From NCBI GenBank assembly GCA_965223345.1, contig CBDCWG010000012.1, positions 224,001-288,000 on the forward strand: a stretch of DNA of 64,000 nt, written 5' to 3'. This DNA is from Nitrospinales bacterium (lineage in GTDB: Bacteria > Nitrospinota > Nitrospinia > Nitrospinales > VA-1). The notes under the pieces are model-generated. The model worked only from the letters and a program-made list of their open reading frames with translations, was not told where the DNA came from and ran no database searches. A program made the position numbers and the translations under genes. This document shows, in pieces, positions 29,201-37,200 of the stretch (positions are counted from its first letter, which is position 1; each line of letters opens with the position of its first letter).

Positions 29201-29229
29201 TGGAACGCCGGGATGCCCCCGAAAACTGA
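23251..29229 (+). CDS. Bacterial alpha-2-macroglobulin, about 1992 aa
   Basis: FTDRPAYRPG (MG2), EEYKLPEF, VRSDFRSTAFW, PDSLTQW, thioester motif YPYGCTEQ, DGGWGWW, W.NTRDT, EDLKPAGFE, MYIPE. Confidence 0.95.
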   Translation: MRSLSFAAGRPAVSLFLYFLFITILLALNAPALSAAPADYQRLKAEAEKFYRQGSFAKAHKLYAQTNALELDLKERRWVDFRIADTLWREQAATKQADASAFDRARRQLDFLIRDITREEEKDRVWAEVHESLGDFWWLRSRSKNWGQGWTHYQKALDWWAGAKDIELARTRYLGMVWNIASPHWREPYYYYGYYGNMLPVAIVENALKISKSEQDRVRAQYLLAMTLKQRGGWEQRERVPEAFEAVIAAGKTFEWYDDALFQYAEWLNNQGNVVVLENGGQRQERDHVKALKLYRRLVREFKKGETRHFDAAQRRIETITKPVLNLSVGHVFVPDSEIEVRLHWRNVERAGLALYAVDLTRDVNFEKDKGAHDWIHQINLRLKKKFTSWSEDTEDDGKHKPGQKTIAFKKKLPPGAYILEATGGGARARDLILVTEAALVLKTTGKQALVYFCDAMSGAPIANARVALWERHYTGRKWVWSDRTAQTDADGLARFELKDSRHSEELFAAALESDRQAFGIGHNRRYHLDRAQWKLYAFTDRPAYRPGETAEWKLTARTYDGSLYSTPSGSTVEYKITDPKGAKVAEGALKLNDFGSAWSELALTETMPLGTYRVSFWIEGRKKHIGDASLFALEEYKLPEFSVRVATPEEDDKKKSFQLGDKVTVDIDAEYYFGGPVANANVEVFLYQRPFYPAWRPERPYPWYYEDRTPRHWGGRGQQMQRQVLKTDPEGRARFSFDTKRSGQDLEYTIEARVTDASRREIVGRGSVRVTKQKYYVYLNPKHRIYRPQDRLDTEIKSLDANDQPVQAAGEIRVTRDFWFEIWIDPQGREVQGAALEAARKASIVFPPPPPVPGGPSWRLKFRGYQHDEILKQRVATNAEGEALFTFTPEREGYYRIAFTSEEKHRVPIKAETTVWVATGDTAHLGMRPGGLQIIVDKDTFQAGQTAPVMLVAPASGRHVLFSVEGDDLLSHRLVHLTGSVKLIELAIGEKHVPNIFLNAVMVNDRQIYQDTKQVVVPPVKNFLNVSVAADREGYEPREEGTYTVTTTDHAGKPVSAEVALGVADASVYTIQEEMAPDPRQFFFGRKRIQRPQTVSTFNFRRYMKLVEDGEGRLIDARLQTGDKEEARSNIVGQRSGSAGSYRQDGKSIQGLSARAPAPAAKSRSEAFADDSMVAEEAAAFEMEADAGGGGEAAVTVRSDFRSTAFWQPDLRTDAHGKARVKVKFPDSLTQWKATARAVTQGNRFGIATGETRTRKPLTVRLQAPRFFVVGDSLTLSALINNNTEQAMTVRPALDVEGISVSARMQNGKKVGRGDPLKIAANGETRVDWFVSAQRPGEARIRVTAAGKTHADAMEKSYPVHEHGVEKLIARSGKMSGSDLTVGFDIPKERKAKSTELTLQVAPSIAVTMLDALPYLIDYPYGCTEQTMSRFLPAVITAKTLADLGLQREAVGERIFRGGIDPETAAKTHPKGRKNMKELDAMIEKGLDRLYDFQHADGGWGWWKKGESDGFMSAYVLWGLTLAQGAGVEVESGVRSRAAKFLDTQLVEAENRLDLQAFMLHALASRHAAVKAKKRGKLQAQAFANLWSKRTQLNAYARALLALSAHHYGEKKKALILIENLENGVVLDQTPDSSAIQRGKKKVQPWILKTAHWGEDGIFRRWSEGGVEATAFALSALITIDPGNPLVEPVMNWLVKNRRGSHWSNTRDTAMVVLALNDYLRASGELSGRMEYELWVNGTSLGKTRVEDVLSAPTAYRIDRKLVEDGTNQVRLVRHKGEGPLYFSIQAKFFSLEEPVLAAGNEIFLRRDYYQLVGRPTLLKGYVFEKIPLKAGDAVRSGTRIETVVTIETKNNYEYLIVEDLKPAGFEAVRLRSGQSLYARELKSSAVDRKMKPAPASFDASTIAPVPGGDSQDHTGRTRWVHQELRDRKTALFIDKLPQGVWEIRYELRAEVPGEFHALPVLGHAMYIPEIRANGEETRVSILERRDAPEN

Positions 29230-29230
29230 C

Positions 29231-29258
29231 AAAAAAAAACGCCCCCTTGCGGGGGCGT
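29231..29258 (-). terminator. Intrinsic terminator between convergent genes
   Basis: A9 followed by ACGCCCCC-TTGC-GGGGGCGT hairpin; U-tract on the minus strand. Confidence 0.8.
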
Positions 29259-29347
29259 CTGCTAACGGGAAGGTATTACGGCAATACATATAGGATGTGG
29301 GGTTCGCGCAAAGGATTCCTTTTTTTGCCGAAAATCGCCGATTTTTT

Positions 29348-30109
29348 TTAAAACCCGCCGCCGATTTTCTTGATGAAGGTCTCCAGCTCCTTGTGCACCG
29401 GCCCGTCCCAGTTGTTCTTCTCCCGGGACAGGGTCGCCAGCACCGACCGCCCGGTGCTTATCTCCAGCCCGTCGGCGATGCTCACCAGGATGCGGGTGCC
29501 GTAACGCTCGACCAGCCCGTGCTCCTCGGCGGCGCGGAACACGATGTCCGGCCCGACGATCATCGCCCAGGTCTGGATGGCGGCCACCTGTTTCGCCTCG
29601 CGGAACGGCAGCGACTCCACCGCTTCCATGTAGGTTTCCGCATCGATCTGGCCGGACTCGAATTTTTCGATCAGGGTCGTGAGGTTTTCCTCTTTCGACT
29701 GGATGTTCTGGTAGATGTAGTCGAAAATCTTGCCTTCGAATTTTTTCAACGCTTCCAGGTCCCAGGGACAGTAAAAATCATCGGTCCCGGTTCGCCCCGC
29801 CTTGACGTTTTCCACCTGGATCTTGCCGATGCAGTCCGGGCAGCGTTCCCCGGCATCGTGGCTGAAACTGCCGCCGCAGGTGCACCGGGCCACCACGCTT
29901 TGCAGTGCCAGCGCCAGGGCCTCGCCATCGATCTGCAATACCTGGCGCAGGGTCGCCCGCACCGGGTCCTTACGGGAAATAGGACGCCACTCGACGCAGG
30001 AGGTACAATACAGTTTGTAAGTGGATTTGCCTTCTTCGGGCTCGATGACCGGGGAAAAGATATTTTTACAAAGAACGCATTCGATTTCTTTGGAAAAGGT
30101 GTCTGCCAT
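29348..30109 (-). CDS. Hypothetical Cys-rich (putative Zn-binding) protein
   Basis: CVLC, CTSC, CTC and CPDC motifs followed by a helical C-terminus; GGAG RBS before ATG 30109. Confidence 0.75.
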   Translation of the reverse strand: MADTFSKEIECVLCKNIFSPVIEPEEGKSTYKLYCTSCVEWRPISRKDPVRATLRQVLQIDGEALALALQSVVARCTCGGSFSHDAGERCPDCIGKIQVENVKAGRTGTDDFYCPWDLEALKKFEGKIFDYIYQNIQSKEENLTTLIEKFESGQIDAETYMEAVESLPFREAKQVAAIQTWAMIVGPDIVFRAAEEHGLVERYGTRILVSIADGLEISTGRSVLATLSREKNNWDGPVHKELETFIKKIGGGF

Positions 30110-30184
30110 GGTCGGCTCCAATCTATACGTGCTTTTCATCTGTCAGGAGTTGCTGCAAACATTTCCCGAAGGAAAAGGTTCTGC

Positions 30185-30219
30185 AAAAAAAATAACCCAT
30201 GGCCGGAACCATGGGTTAT
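30185..30219 (-). terminator. Terminator of the oxidoreductase operon
   Basis: ATAACCCATGG-6nt-CCATGGGTTAT 11-bp stem with an A-tract to its left. Confidence 0.85.
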
Positions 30220-30248
30220 CTGAAAAATGCGAAGATAAGTCTCGGGAT

Positions 30249-30530
30249 CTAGCCTGAGTATGCCTGGCCGAGGCCGGCGGCTTCCGCTTCTTTCTCGCCA
30301 AGCTGTATCTTTCCGGTCGTCGGATCCACGGGGTGCATGCTGATGGCGTTGTGAGTGCTGCAGACCACTTTGCACAAATCGCAGCCCTTGCACCGCTCCG
30401 TCACGACCAAGGCTTTCATTTTCTTCTCATCCAACATGATCGTGTCCGCTTCGGGGCAGTACATGATGCAAAGCCGGCATCCCTTTTCGGCGATACACTT
30501 GTCGTCATCCACAAACGCTACGTTATACAC
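30249..30530 (-). CDS. porE: Five-subunit 2-oxoacid (probably pyruvate):ferredoxin oxidoreductase, ferredoxin-like subunit
   Basis: CIAEKGCRLCIMYCP and CKGCDLCKVVC Fe-S motifs; GTG start, AAGGAG RBS; last gene of the operon. Confidence 0.8.
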   Translation of the reverse strand: MYNVAFVDDDKCIAEKGCRLCIMYCPEADTIMLDEKKMKALVVTERCKGCDLCKVVCSTHNAISMHPVDPTTGKIQLGEKEAEAAGLGQAYSG

Positions 30531-30606
30531 TTAGTTCTCCTTGGGTTGAAAATTTAAAAGAGACTGTCGAACCGGAAACGGCTTCGGCGCACTGAGAAAC
30601 GCTGTT

Positions 30607-31305
30607 CTAAATCGTGGCTCCGATGCCTGCCAGAGCCGGTTGGGCTTTTTCCGCCCAGGCCACGGCCAACTCATGGGACTTGGTGATCGTGTCCATGTTT
30701 TTCTTGAGCAGCATCTCTTTTTTGGCGTATTTCTTTTTGATCGCCTCGTCCAAAGAAGCGGTTCCGCCGGAAGCGACGTATTTCTTGCCGAAGCGGTCCT
30801 GCAGCGCTTCGTCCAATGCCTTCAGGGACACGATGTCGGTGACGCCCGCGCAGGCGCCGATCATGGCCATGTTGGTGGAAAGCTCGGTGCCGCCGATTTC
30901 CAGAGCCAGCTTGGTGGCGTCGTGGTTCATAACCGCGACGTTGAGATCCTCCAGACGCTTGTGATCTTCATCCGTGAGCAGATCGCCGCTGGTGTTGATG
31001 ATGATAAGCCCGTTTTCCTTGATGCCGGAATAGAACGGCGCGGTGTAGCTTTTCTGCATGGTGATGACCTGAGGATGGAATATCATGATCACATCCGGAT
31101 AGACCAGTTCACCCCGGTCGTAAATCTTCTCCACACCGATGCGGGCGTAGCTTTCTGCGGGCGCCATGCGCTTTTCGGCGCCGAAGAACGGATTGGAGAT
31201 GGAATACTTTCCATCCTTGTTTGCCGCCATGGCAAGGATATGAGCCGCGGTGACGGCTCCCTGACCACCGAGGCCCGAAATACGGATATTCATCCTCTTA
31301 AACAT
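30607..31305 (-). CDS. porC: 2-oxoacid:ferredoxin oxidoreductase gamma subunit
   Basis: IRISGLGGQGAVTA, FFGAEKRMAPAES, NMAMIGA. Confidence 0.88.
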   Translation of the reverse strand: MFKRMNIRISGLGGQGAVTAAHILAMAANKDGKYSISNPFFGAEKRMAPAESYARIGVEKIYDRGELVYPDVIMIFHPQVITMQKSYTAPFYSGIKENGLIIINTSGDLLTDEDHKRLEDLNVAVMNHDATKLALEIGGTELSTNMAMIGACAGVTDIVSLKALDEALQDRFGKKYVASGGTASLDEAIKKKYAKKEMLLKKNMDTITKSHELAVAWAEKAQPALAGIGATI

Positions 31306-31325
31306 AACGTTTTTTCTCCTCAGTT

Positions 31326-32240
31326 CTATTTCGCGGTGACAGGCTTTTTGGCTTTGGCCTTCGCGGCTTTTTTCTTGGCTTTCTCTTCGGCATCGATGCG
31401 GGCCAACAGTTCCTTGGCCTCGTCGGTGACGTATTCCTTCATGACGAACCTGCCGCCGATGGATTCAGCGTCTTTCATTTCATCCAGGCCTTCCATGCTC
31501 TGCTTGCCGATTTCGAGGATGCAGGGCGTGTAAAGCTGGATGTAGGTCGGTCCCAGCTCCCGGGCCACGTAGATGGCGTTCTTGACGGCTTTTTCCACGC
31601 GGTTCGGTTTGCTCACGGTGAGCAGGGCGACGTAATGACAGCCGGCTTCGCGGGCGATTTCCGGCAGCCGGACTTTTTCAAACTGCTTGCCGACCGGAGC
31701 CATCTTGGAAACGAAGCCTTTCTGCATCAGTCCGCTTTCCTGTCCGCCGGTGTTGGCGTACAGCTCGTTGTCGTAACAGATCGTGGTGAAGCGTTCCTGG
31801 CGGAACCAGGACTGCATGGTCATGTCCAGGCCGATGTCGACGGTGGCGCCGTCTCCCGCCAGCACCACGACGTCTTTCTGCTTGTCGGGGAAGCGGGATT
31901 TCAAAGTACGCCACAACCCGGAAGCGATGGCGTTCTGGTTGCCGAACAGGGAATGGATGTTCTGCACGGCAACGTGCGGGAACACCAGGCTGGTGCAGCC
32001 GGTGGAACCGACGAACACGGTGTCCTCGGGAGCCGGAAGGCTCGCCAGGATGTAGCGGAACGCGATGGACTCCGGGCAGCCGGCGCACAGGGAATGCTGT
32101 TCGATCAGCTCTTTGGAGCTGCCGATGTCCTTCCAGCCGCGGCCCTCTTTGCCGTAAGTGGCGGTCTCCACCAGCTCCTGGTACTCCGGCGGCATGATGT
32201 CCGCCAGGTCCTCGCTAATGTTGATTTTTTCCTTACTCAT
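31326..32240 (-). CDS. porB: 2-oxoacid:ferredoxin oxidoreductase beta subunit (TPP-binding)
   Basis: LCAGC, GSTGC, AGDGA..DIG, DNELYANTGGQ, YTPC. Confidence 0.9.
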   Translation of the reverse strand: MSKEKINISEDLADIMPPEYQELVETATYGKEGRGWKDIGSSKELIEQHSLCAGCPESIAFRYILASLPAPEDTVFVGSTGCTSLVFPHVAVQNIHSLFGNQNAIASGLWRTLKSRFPDKQKDVVVLAGDGATVDIGLDMTMQSWFRQERFTTICYDNELYANTGGQESGLMQKGFVSKMAPVGKQFEKVRLPEIAREAGCHYVALLTVSKPNRVEKAVKNAIYVARELGPTYIQLYTPCILEIGKQSMEGLDEMKDAESIGGRFVMKEYVTDEAKELLARIDAEEKAKKKAAKAKAKKPVTAK

Positions 32241-32313
32241 GGTTTCCCTCTATCGGTGATTTCCCAACCGGGAAATGTTTGTAATGATTTCAAATCAAAT
32301 CGGCTCCTGTGGC

Positions 32314-33561
32314 CTAGCTGCCGCGGCTCGCCAAAGTTGCGGTCTGCATTCCCAGGTGTTTTTTGATCTCTTCCACGATCACTTCGGAAGGCAGGGTCAT
32401 GCCGCCGGCAACATGCGGGCCGCAGACGACGCGATCGTTGTCCGGAAGAATCGCTTTGATCTCGCGGGCCAGCCAGCCGGCCATGTTGAACTCGGGAACG
32501 AAGATGTGTTTGGCGTTTTTCAAAGCCTCGCGCAGTTCCTGATGCGGGAACGGGCGGATGGTTTTGATTTTCACCAGACCCACTTTGATGCCTTCTTCTT
32601 CCAGCAAGCGGATCGCTTCGCGTCCCTGCGACACAGCGGTGCCGGAGGAAACGATGAGAATTTCCCGATCGATGTTGTGCGTGTCGATCAGGCCATCCAG
32701 AAGCAGCTCGGTGTGCTTTCTGGAACGCTCGACGGCGGCGCGGACTTCCTGCTGCCAGGAAGCGTGGGTGGCGAAGCTGATGTAATTGGATTTCATGACG
32801 AACGGATCCCGCATCATGCGGACCGGAGGACATTCCATGTCCATGCAGGGAACCGGGGATTTGTACGGATCGTAAGGCGTCAGCGTCATGTCTTCAGGCG
32901 TCAGCTCGACGGTGTCTTTCGTGTGGGTCACGAAGAAACCGTCGCAACAGGTGGCGATGGGCAGATGCACATCGGGCTGCTCGGCGACGATGAACCCTTT
33001 AAGAATGAAATCGAACAGGTCCTGCGCGGTCTCGGCGTGCCAAACGAGCATGCCGGTTTCGAGCAGATAATGCAGCTCCAGCGTGTCGGGCTGGATGCTG
33101 AGCGGCGAGTTGATGCCCCGCATGGTCACGCACACCTGAATCGGCAGCCTGGAGCCCGCCCACATGGGGAAGTTTTCCATGGCGCGCAGGGTGCCCGGCC
33201 CGGCGGTGGTGGTGAACACGCGGTGTCCCCCGAACGAAGCGCCGGCGCATTGCCCCATGACGGCGAATTCGCTCTCGCCGCGGAAATAATCTTCCAGATA
33301 TCCCTCGGCGTACAGCTCACCGATGAGAGCCGCGGCTTCACTCTGAGGCGTGATCGGGTAAGCAACGGAGGTGCCCACACTGGCGCGCTTGATGGCATCG
33401 CGGATCACTTCACTGCCGGTCAGAAAACTCGGAGTGCGTTCGGCTTTGTAGAACATTTCGTTGACGTCGGTGTAGGTCTGGCCTTTCTTGTTCTTGGTGC
33501 CCAGCGCAACGTGCTGCGATCGTATAATTCTGTCTTTAGGAACCTCAACCTCTTTATTCAT
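32314..33561 (-). CDS. porA: 2-oxoacid:ferredoxin oxidoreductase alpha subunit
   Basis: AYPITPQSE, ESEFA, TTTAGPG, DGFFVTH, IRPFP. The Por versus For (2-oxoglutarate) assignment is from recalled similarity and is not certain. Confidence 0.88.
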   Translation of the reverse strand: MNKEVEVPKDRIIRSQHVALGTKNKKGQTYTDVNEMFYKAERTPSFLTGSEVIRDAIKRASVGTSVAYPITPQSEAAALIGELYAEGYLEDYFRGESEFAVMGQCAGASFGGHRVFTTTAGPGTLRAMENFPMWAGSRLPIQVCVTMRGINSPLSIQPDTLELHYLLETGMLVWHAETAQDLFDFILKGFIVAEQPDVHLPIATCCDGFFVTHTKDTVELTPEDMTLTPYDPYKSPVPCMDMECPPVRMMRDPFVMKSNYISFATHASWQQEVRAAVERSRKHTELLLDGLIDTHNIDREILIVSSGTAVSQGREAIRLLEEEGIKVGLVKIKTIRPFPHQELREALKNAKHIFVPEFNMAGWLAREIKAILPDNDRVVCGPHVAGGMTLPSEVIVEEIKKHLGMQTATLASRGS

Positions 33562-33640
33562 AAAATCACTCCCTCAGAAATGACGCTTAAAATGGTGTAT
33601 CGATGATCTCATAACCAACAAAAGTTCATGTATTCGAATC

Positions 33641-34273
33641 CTAGGCAACCACCCCGGTGCGGTCCATCTTGAGCTGGGTGAAAGCCTCGGCTTCGCTTTT
33701 CACGCCTTCTTTCTTCAACCTTTTGACCGTCTCCGTCAGCTTCACGATCTTTTCCACGGTGGCATCGCGGAACGACATGCAGGCATCTTCGTGCCCCGCC
33801 TGGGCGCACATGGCGATGGTGTAGCAATCGGTGCCGCCGCGAATGATCTTGAGTGCGAGGTTGGCCTGGTGACAGTGCACACCGACAAACATGCAGACGT
33901 CGATTTTGTTGTGCCAAATGGTCAGGTTGGGATGGTTGGGGTTGATTTCAATCTCGGGATAGATTTTCGGATATTTGGGCCGGTAGTCGGCCATTGCGAT
34001 CAATCTTGCGGGAAGCGCGTTCGCGAGTTCGCGAATGACTTTGGCTTTTTGAGCCGCCTTTTCGTTCCATTTCCAAAGGACCAGAGGTCCGGGGAAAATG
34101 GTGGGCACTTTGGCCCCTAACAGTTTCCGCGCTGCAAACTCAAGCCCTTCCTCTTCCGGGGCGATCCTCCCCTCTATATGACATTCTCCGGGATCCGGTA
34201 ACACAACCCCCATGCATGCTGCCGCAGGAGGTAAAAAAGCCTCCGGCCCCGCTTTGACCTGATATTGGCTCAT
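33641..34273 (-). CDS. porD: Five-subunit oxidoreductase extra subunit (CODH-beta/ACS-epsilon-like)
   Basis: GPEAFLPP, PTIFPGPLVLWKWN, DYRPKYPKI, INPNHPNLTIWHNKIDVCMFVGVHCH; first gene of the operon. Confidence 0.8.
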   Translation of the reverse strand: MSQYQVKAGPEAFLPPAAACMGVVLPDPGECHIEGRIAPEEEGLEFAARKLLGAKVPTIFPGPLVLWKWNEKAAQKAKVIRELANALPARLIAMADYRPKYPKIYPEIEINPNHPNLTIWHNKIDVCMFVGVHCHQANLALKIIRGGTDCYTIAMCAQAGHEDACMSFRDATVEKIVKLTETVKRLKKEGVKSEAEAFTQLKMDRTGVVA

Positions 34274-34314
34274 TCTTGTTAACCCTTTTCGAATTTGAAA
34301 GTTGAAAGTGTGTA

Positions 34315-34344
34315 AATATAAACCACTAATTGCAAGGTTGTCAA
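34315..34344 (-). promoter_or_regulatory. Putative sigma70 promoter of the por operon
   Basis: Minus strand TTGACA-18nt-TATATT, about 40 nt upstream of the start. Confidence 0.6.
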
Positions 34345-34718
34345 ACCTTTTCCCTGATTACGGCCGGGGCCTTTGCGGCACGTTGGTACGGAAATATTAT
34401 ACTGTTTCAAAAGCCCCCGGACCAAACAAATTACCCGTTTTCCAGGCCACCCGATCGCGGTATTTTCACCGTTTTTTTCGACCCCGTGCGTTTGCTTTTC
34501 CGGGCACAAAACAGCGGGACCGCAAAAGCGTTGATCGGATGCGGATTGAACCGTTTTCCGCATGCCGGGGCTATCCCCCCGACGATACACAACCGGCGAA
34601 ATTCTCAGGGGCCGGGTCGAACCGGGGACGGCTCAGACATCATTTGTGCACCCCGTTCCGCATCAAAACGATAGGAACGGAGCCCGAGAGCCTGCCATTC
34701 CCGGTGATTTCCCGAAAT

Positions 34719-35246
34719 TCAGGCATTCTGGGCGATCAGGGTCTGTTTCAAGGCTTCCAGCGAAGCGAGGTGCTTGTGCTCTTCAGCCAGAAGATGCGAA
34801 AAGATCACCCGCACGTCGATCTTCTTTTCATTCTGCAGCAGTTTGTCCAGCACTTCGATGGAGCGCTTTTCCGATGCGATTCCCACTTCCAGCGCTTCGA
34901 GGTCGCTGGTGAACTCGGGAAACTCGGCAGAATCGGGATCGTCCAGATCCGGGAACACCCTGCCCTGCACCAGCTCGGCGATCATCTGCTCCACCTGCTT
35001 GCGGCTGGCGGCTTTGGTTTTGAGAGCCGGCTGCAGAAACCCCGCCTTGTTCTGCAAAGACTGGATGTGTTCTTTCTCTTCCTCGGCAAGCCGTTGAAAG
35101 ATCGCCTGAACTTTCGGGTCCTTGACTTTCTTCGCGGACTTTTCGTAATACACCAGTCCCTGTTTTTCGATACACAGGCTCACTTCGATCGCGTCGATGC
35201 AATGAAAACGCAGCGGAGGGATTTCCTTGGAATCGTTTTCTTTCAT
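34719..35246 (-). CDS. Rubrerythrin/ferritin-like diiron protein
   Basis: E..G..YY, LAEEEKEH, EKRS, LAEEHKH. Confidence 0.85.
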   Translation of the reverse strand: MKENDSKEIPPLRFHCIDAIEVSLCIEKQGLVYYEKSAKKVKDPKVQAIFQRLAEEEKEHIQSLQNKAGFLQPALKTKAASRKQVEQMIAELVQGRVFPDLDDPDSAEFPEFTSDLEALEVGIASEKRSIEVLDKLLQNEKKIDVRVIFSHLLAEEHKHLASLEALKQTLIAQNA

Positions 35247-35544
35247 GGCCGGCCTTTTTGAGAGATCGATCCGCGCCTGTCTGCTTCTTCCGGTTCCCCT
35301 GTTGGACTCGCAAATGGAGGAAAAAGATTCAAACAAGCACCATTTATTTTAATAAATTATGCTAAGATAATCCGCGTCCCCGGATGGGGTGACGGATATT
35401 CAACTCCGGGTTTCCCGTTTCGGAGCCCGCGCCCCCAATCTCCTGTTAACCCAATTTTTCAACAAACTAGGCGCTTAGAGCCGGGGAAACCCGTTGTTTC
35501 GCAGCGGTGAACTTTCTCAAAGTAGCCGGATTATAGTCAAGACG

Positions 35545-35976
35545 ATGAAAAAAGTGCAAATTTTTACGGACGGCTGCTGCAAAGGCAATCCCGGTCCCGG
35601 CGGCTGGGGCTGCATCATCCGCTACAACGGCACCACCAAGGAACTCAAAGGCGCCAAAAAACAGACGACGAACAACGTGATGGAGCTCACGGCGGCGATC
35701 GAGGCCTTGCAACACCTCAAGGAACCGTGCCAGGTGGAGCTGACCACGGACTCGCAGTATCTGTTGAAGGGAATGACCGAATGGATCGACGGCTGGGTGC
35801 GCAAGGATTGGGTCAACGCTTCGCGCCAGCCGGTCAAGAACAAGGATCTCTGGCTCAAGCTGCTGGAGCTCAGCAAAACCCATAAAATCAAGTGGAAATG
35901 GGTACGCGGCCACACCGGCCATCCTGAAAACGAACGTGCCGACGCTTTGGCCAACGAGGCCATGGCTTACCTTTAA
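35545..35976 (+). CDS. rnhA: Ribonuclease HI
   Basis: [51 protein letters not shown]. Confidence 0.97.
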   Translation: MKKVQIFTDGCCKGNPGPGGWGCIIRYNGTTKELKGAKKQTTNNVMELTAAIEALQHLKEPCQVELTTDSQYLLKGMTEWIDGWVRKDWVNASRQPVKNKDLWLKLLELSKTHKIKWKWVRGHTGHPENERADALANEAMAYL

Positions 35977-35997
35977 CAACCGGACCGCTCTTTTTTT

Positions 35998-37200
35998 ATG
36001 CCGACGCCCCCTCTCTGTCCAGAAGCGACCTCGCCTTTGCACGGTTTCTGTGCCCGCATCCGGTGTGTAATAACGGCGATCGTTCTGGTGTTGTTGCTGC
36101 TGGGAGTCGCACCGCATCCGCTTGTCGCCAGCTCGACGTTGCCGCCGGTGCTCGGCGACGATCTCGATTACGATTCGCTGAAAAAAACCATAGAAAACCA
36201 GCTCGCGGTGATGCAGGAGGTCGATCCTGAGCGCAAGCTGCGCCTGGGAAACCGCCGGGTGACGCACGGCTTTCTGGTGCACACGCTGCGATCGTTCCTG
36301 AAACTCGTCGAGCAGAACCTGCCTCCCTCGAAATTTCAAAGACGGGTCGCCGAACAGTTCGAGTTCTACAAGGTGGGGGACGGAAAAAACAAACGCTTCC
36401 TCTATACGGGTTACTACACACCGGTGATCCGGGCGAGCCTCAAACCTTCGAAAATCTACCGCTACCCGCTGTACCGGCTGCCGGACGATGCGGTGGTGGA
36501 CATTCGCCGGATCTCGCTCTCGCAAAACAAGACGAATCCCGCGAATCGGCAAACCCTTCCCTGGCGTGACCTGACCCGCAGGCAGATCGACCGGGACGGG
36601 GTGCTGAAAAACAAAAACCTCGAGATCGCCTGGCTGAAAGACGACCTGGAACGGTTTTTCCTGCACATTCAGGGATCGGGACGGCTTTTGTTTCCGGATG
36701 GCACCACGCAGGGCGTGCGGTTTGCGGGCGCCAACAATCATCGCTACAAGGGAATCGGCAAGCTGATGATGAAAGACGGGCTTCTGGGACGCAACGAGCG
36801 GTCCATGCAGGGGATCAAACGCTATCTCAAAAAAAACCCGGCGGCGATTCCGAAATATTTTTTCCAGAACAAGCGCTACATCTTCTTCTCGTTCACAGAC
36901 GCGAAACCGCGCGGCTCCGGCGGCGGGGAACTGGTGGCGGGCCGCTCGCTGGCGACGGACAAATCGCTGTATCCCGCCGGCGCGCTGGCGTTCATCCGCA
37001 CGCGCAAGCCCATCCTCAATGCAAACAACCGGATCCTGCGCTGGCAGTGGACGTCGCGCTACGTGGTCGATCAGGACACGGGCAGCGACATCAAGGGCCC
37101 CGGCCGCGGGGACATCTATTTCGGCACGGGCGTGCGCCCGGGGGTGATCGCGGGGAATTTCAAGGAAAGAGGCGAGCTGTACTACCTTTTCAAGAAGTGA
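35998..37200 (+). CDS. mltA: Membrane-bound lytic transglycosylase A family (MltA plus 3D domain)
   Basis: TGYYTP, FFLHIQGSG, N.RYIFF, SLATD, DQDTGSDIKGPGRGDIYFG. Confidence 0.92.
   Translation: MPTPPLCPEATSPLHGFCARIRCVITAIVLVLLLLGVAPHPLVASSTLPPVLGDDLDYDSLKKTIENQLAVMQEVDPERKLRLGNRRVTHGFLVHTLRSFLKLVEQNLPPSKFQRRVAEQFEFYKVGDGKNKRFLYTGYYTPVIRASLKPSKIYRYPLYRLPDDAVVDIRRISLSQNKTNPANRQTLPWRDLTRRQIDRDGVLKNKNLEIAWLKDDLERFFLHIQGSGRLLFPDGTTQGVRFAGANNHRYKGIGKLMMKDGLLGRNERSMQGIKRYLKKNPAAIPKYFFQNKRYIFFSFTDAKPRGSGGGELVAGRSLATDKSLYPAGALAFIRTRKPILNANNRILRWQWTSRYVVDQDTGSDIKGPGRGDIYFGTGVRPGVIAGNFKERGELYYLFKK

Noticed and set aside
34302..35261. 319-aa plus-strand ORF
   Set aside because: It spans the por promoter and is antisense to the rubrerythrin-like gene; no recognisable domain.
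35372..35445. tRNA or ncRNA upstream of rnhA
   Set aside because: Only two short hairpins; no cloverleaf, T-loop or other recognisable family signature.
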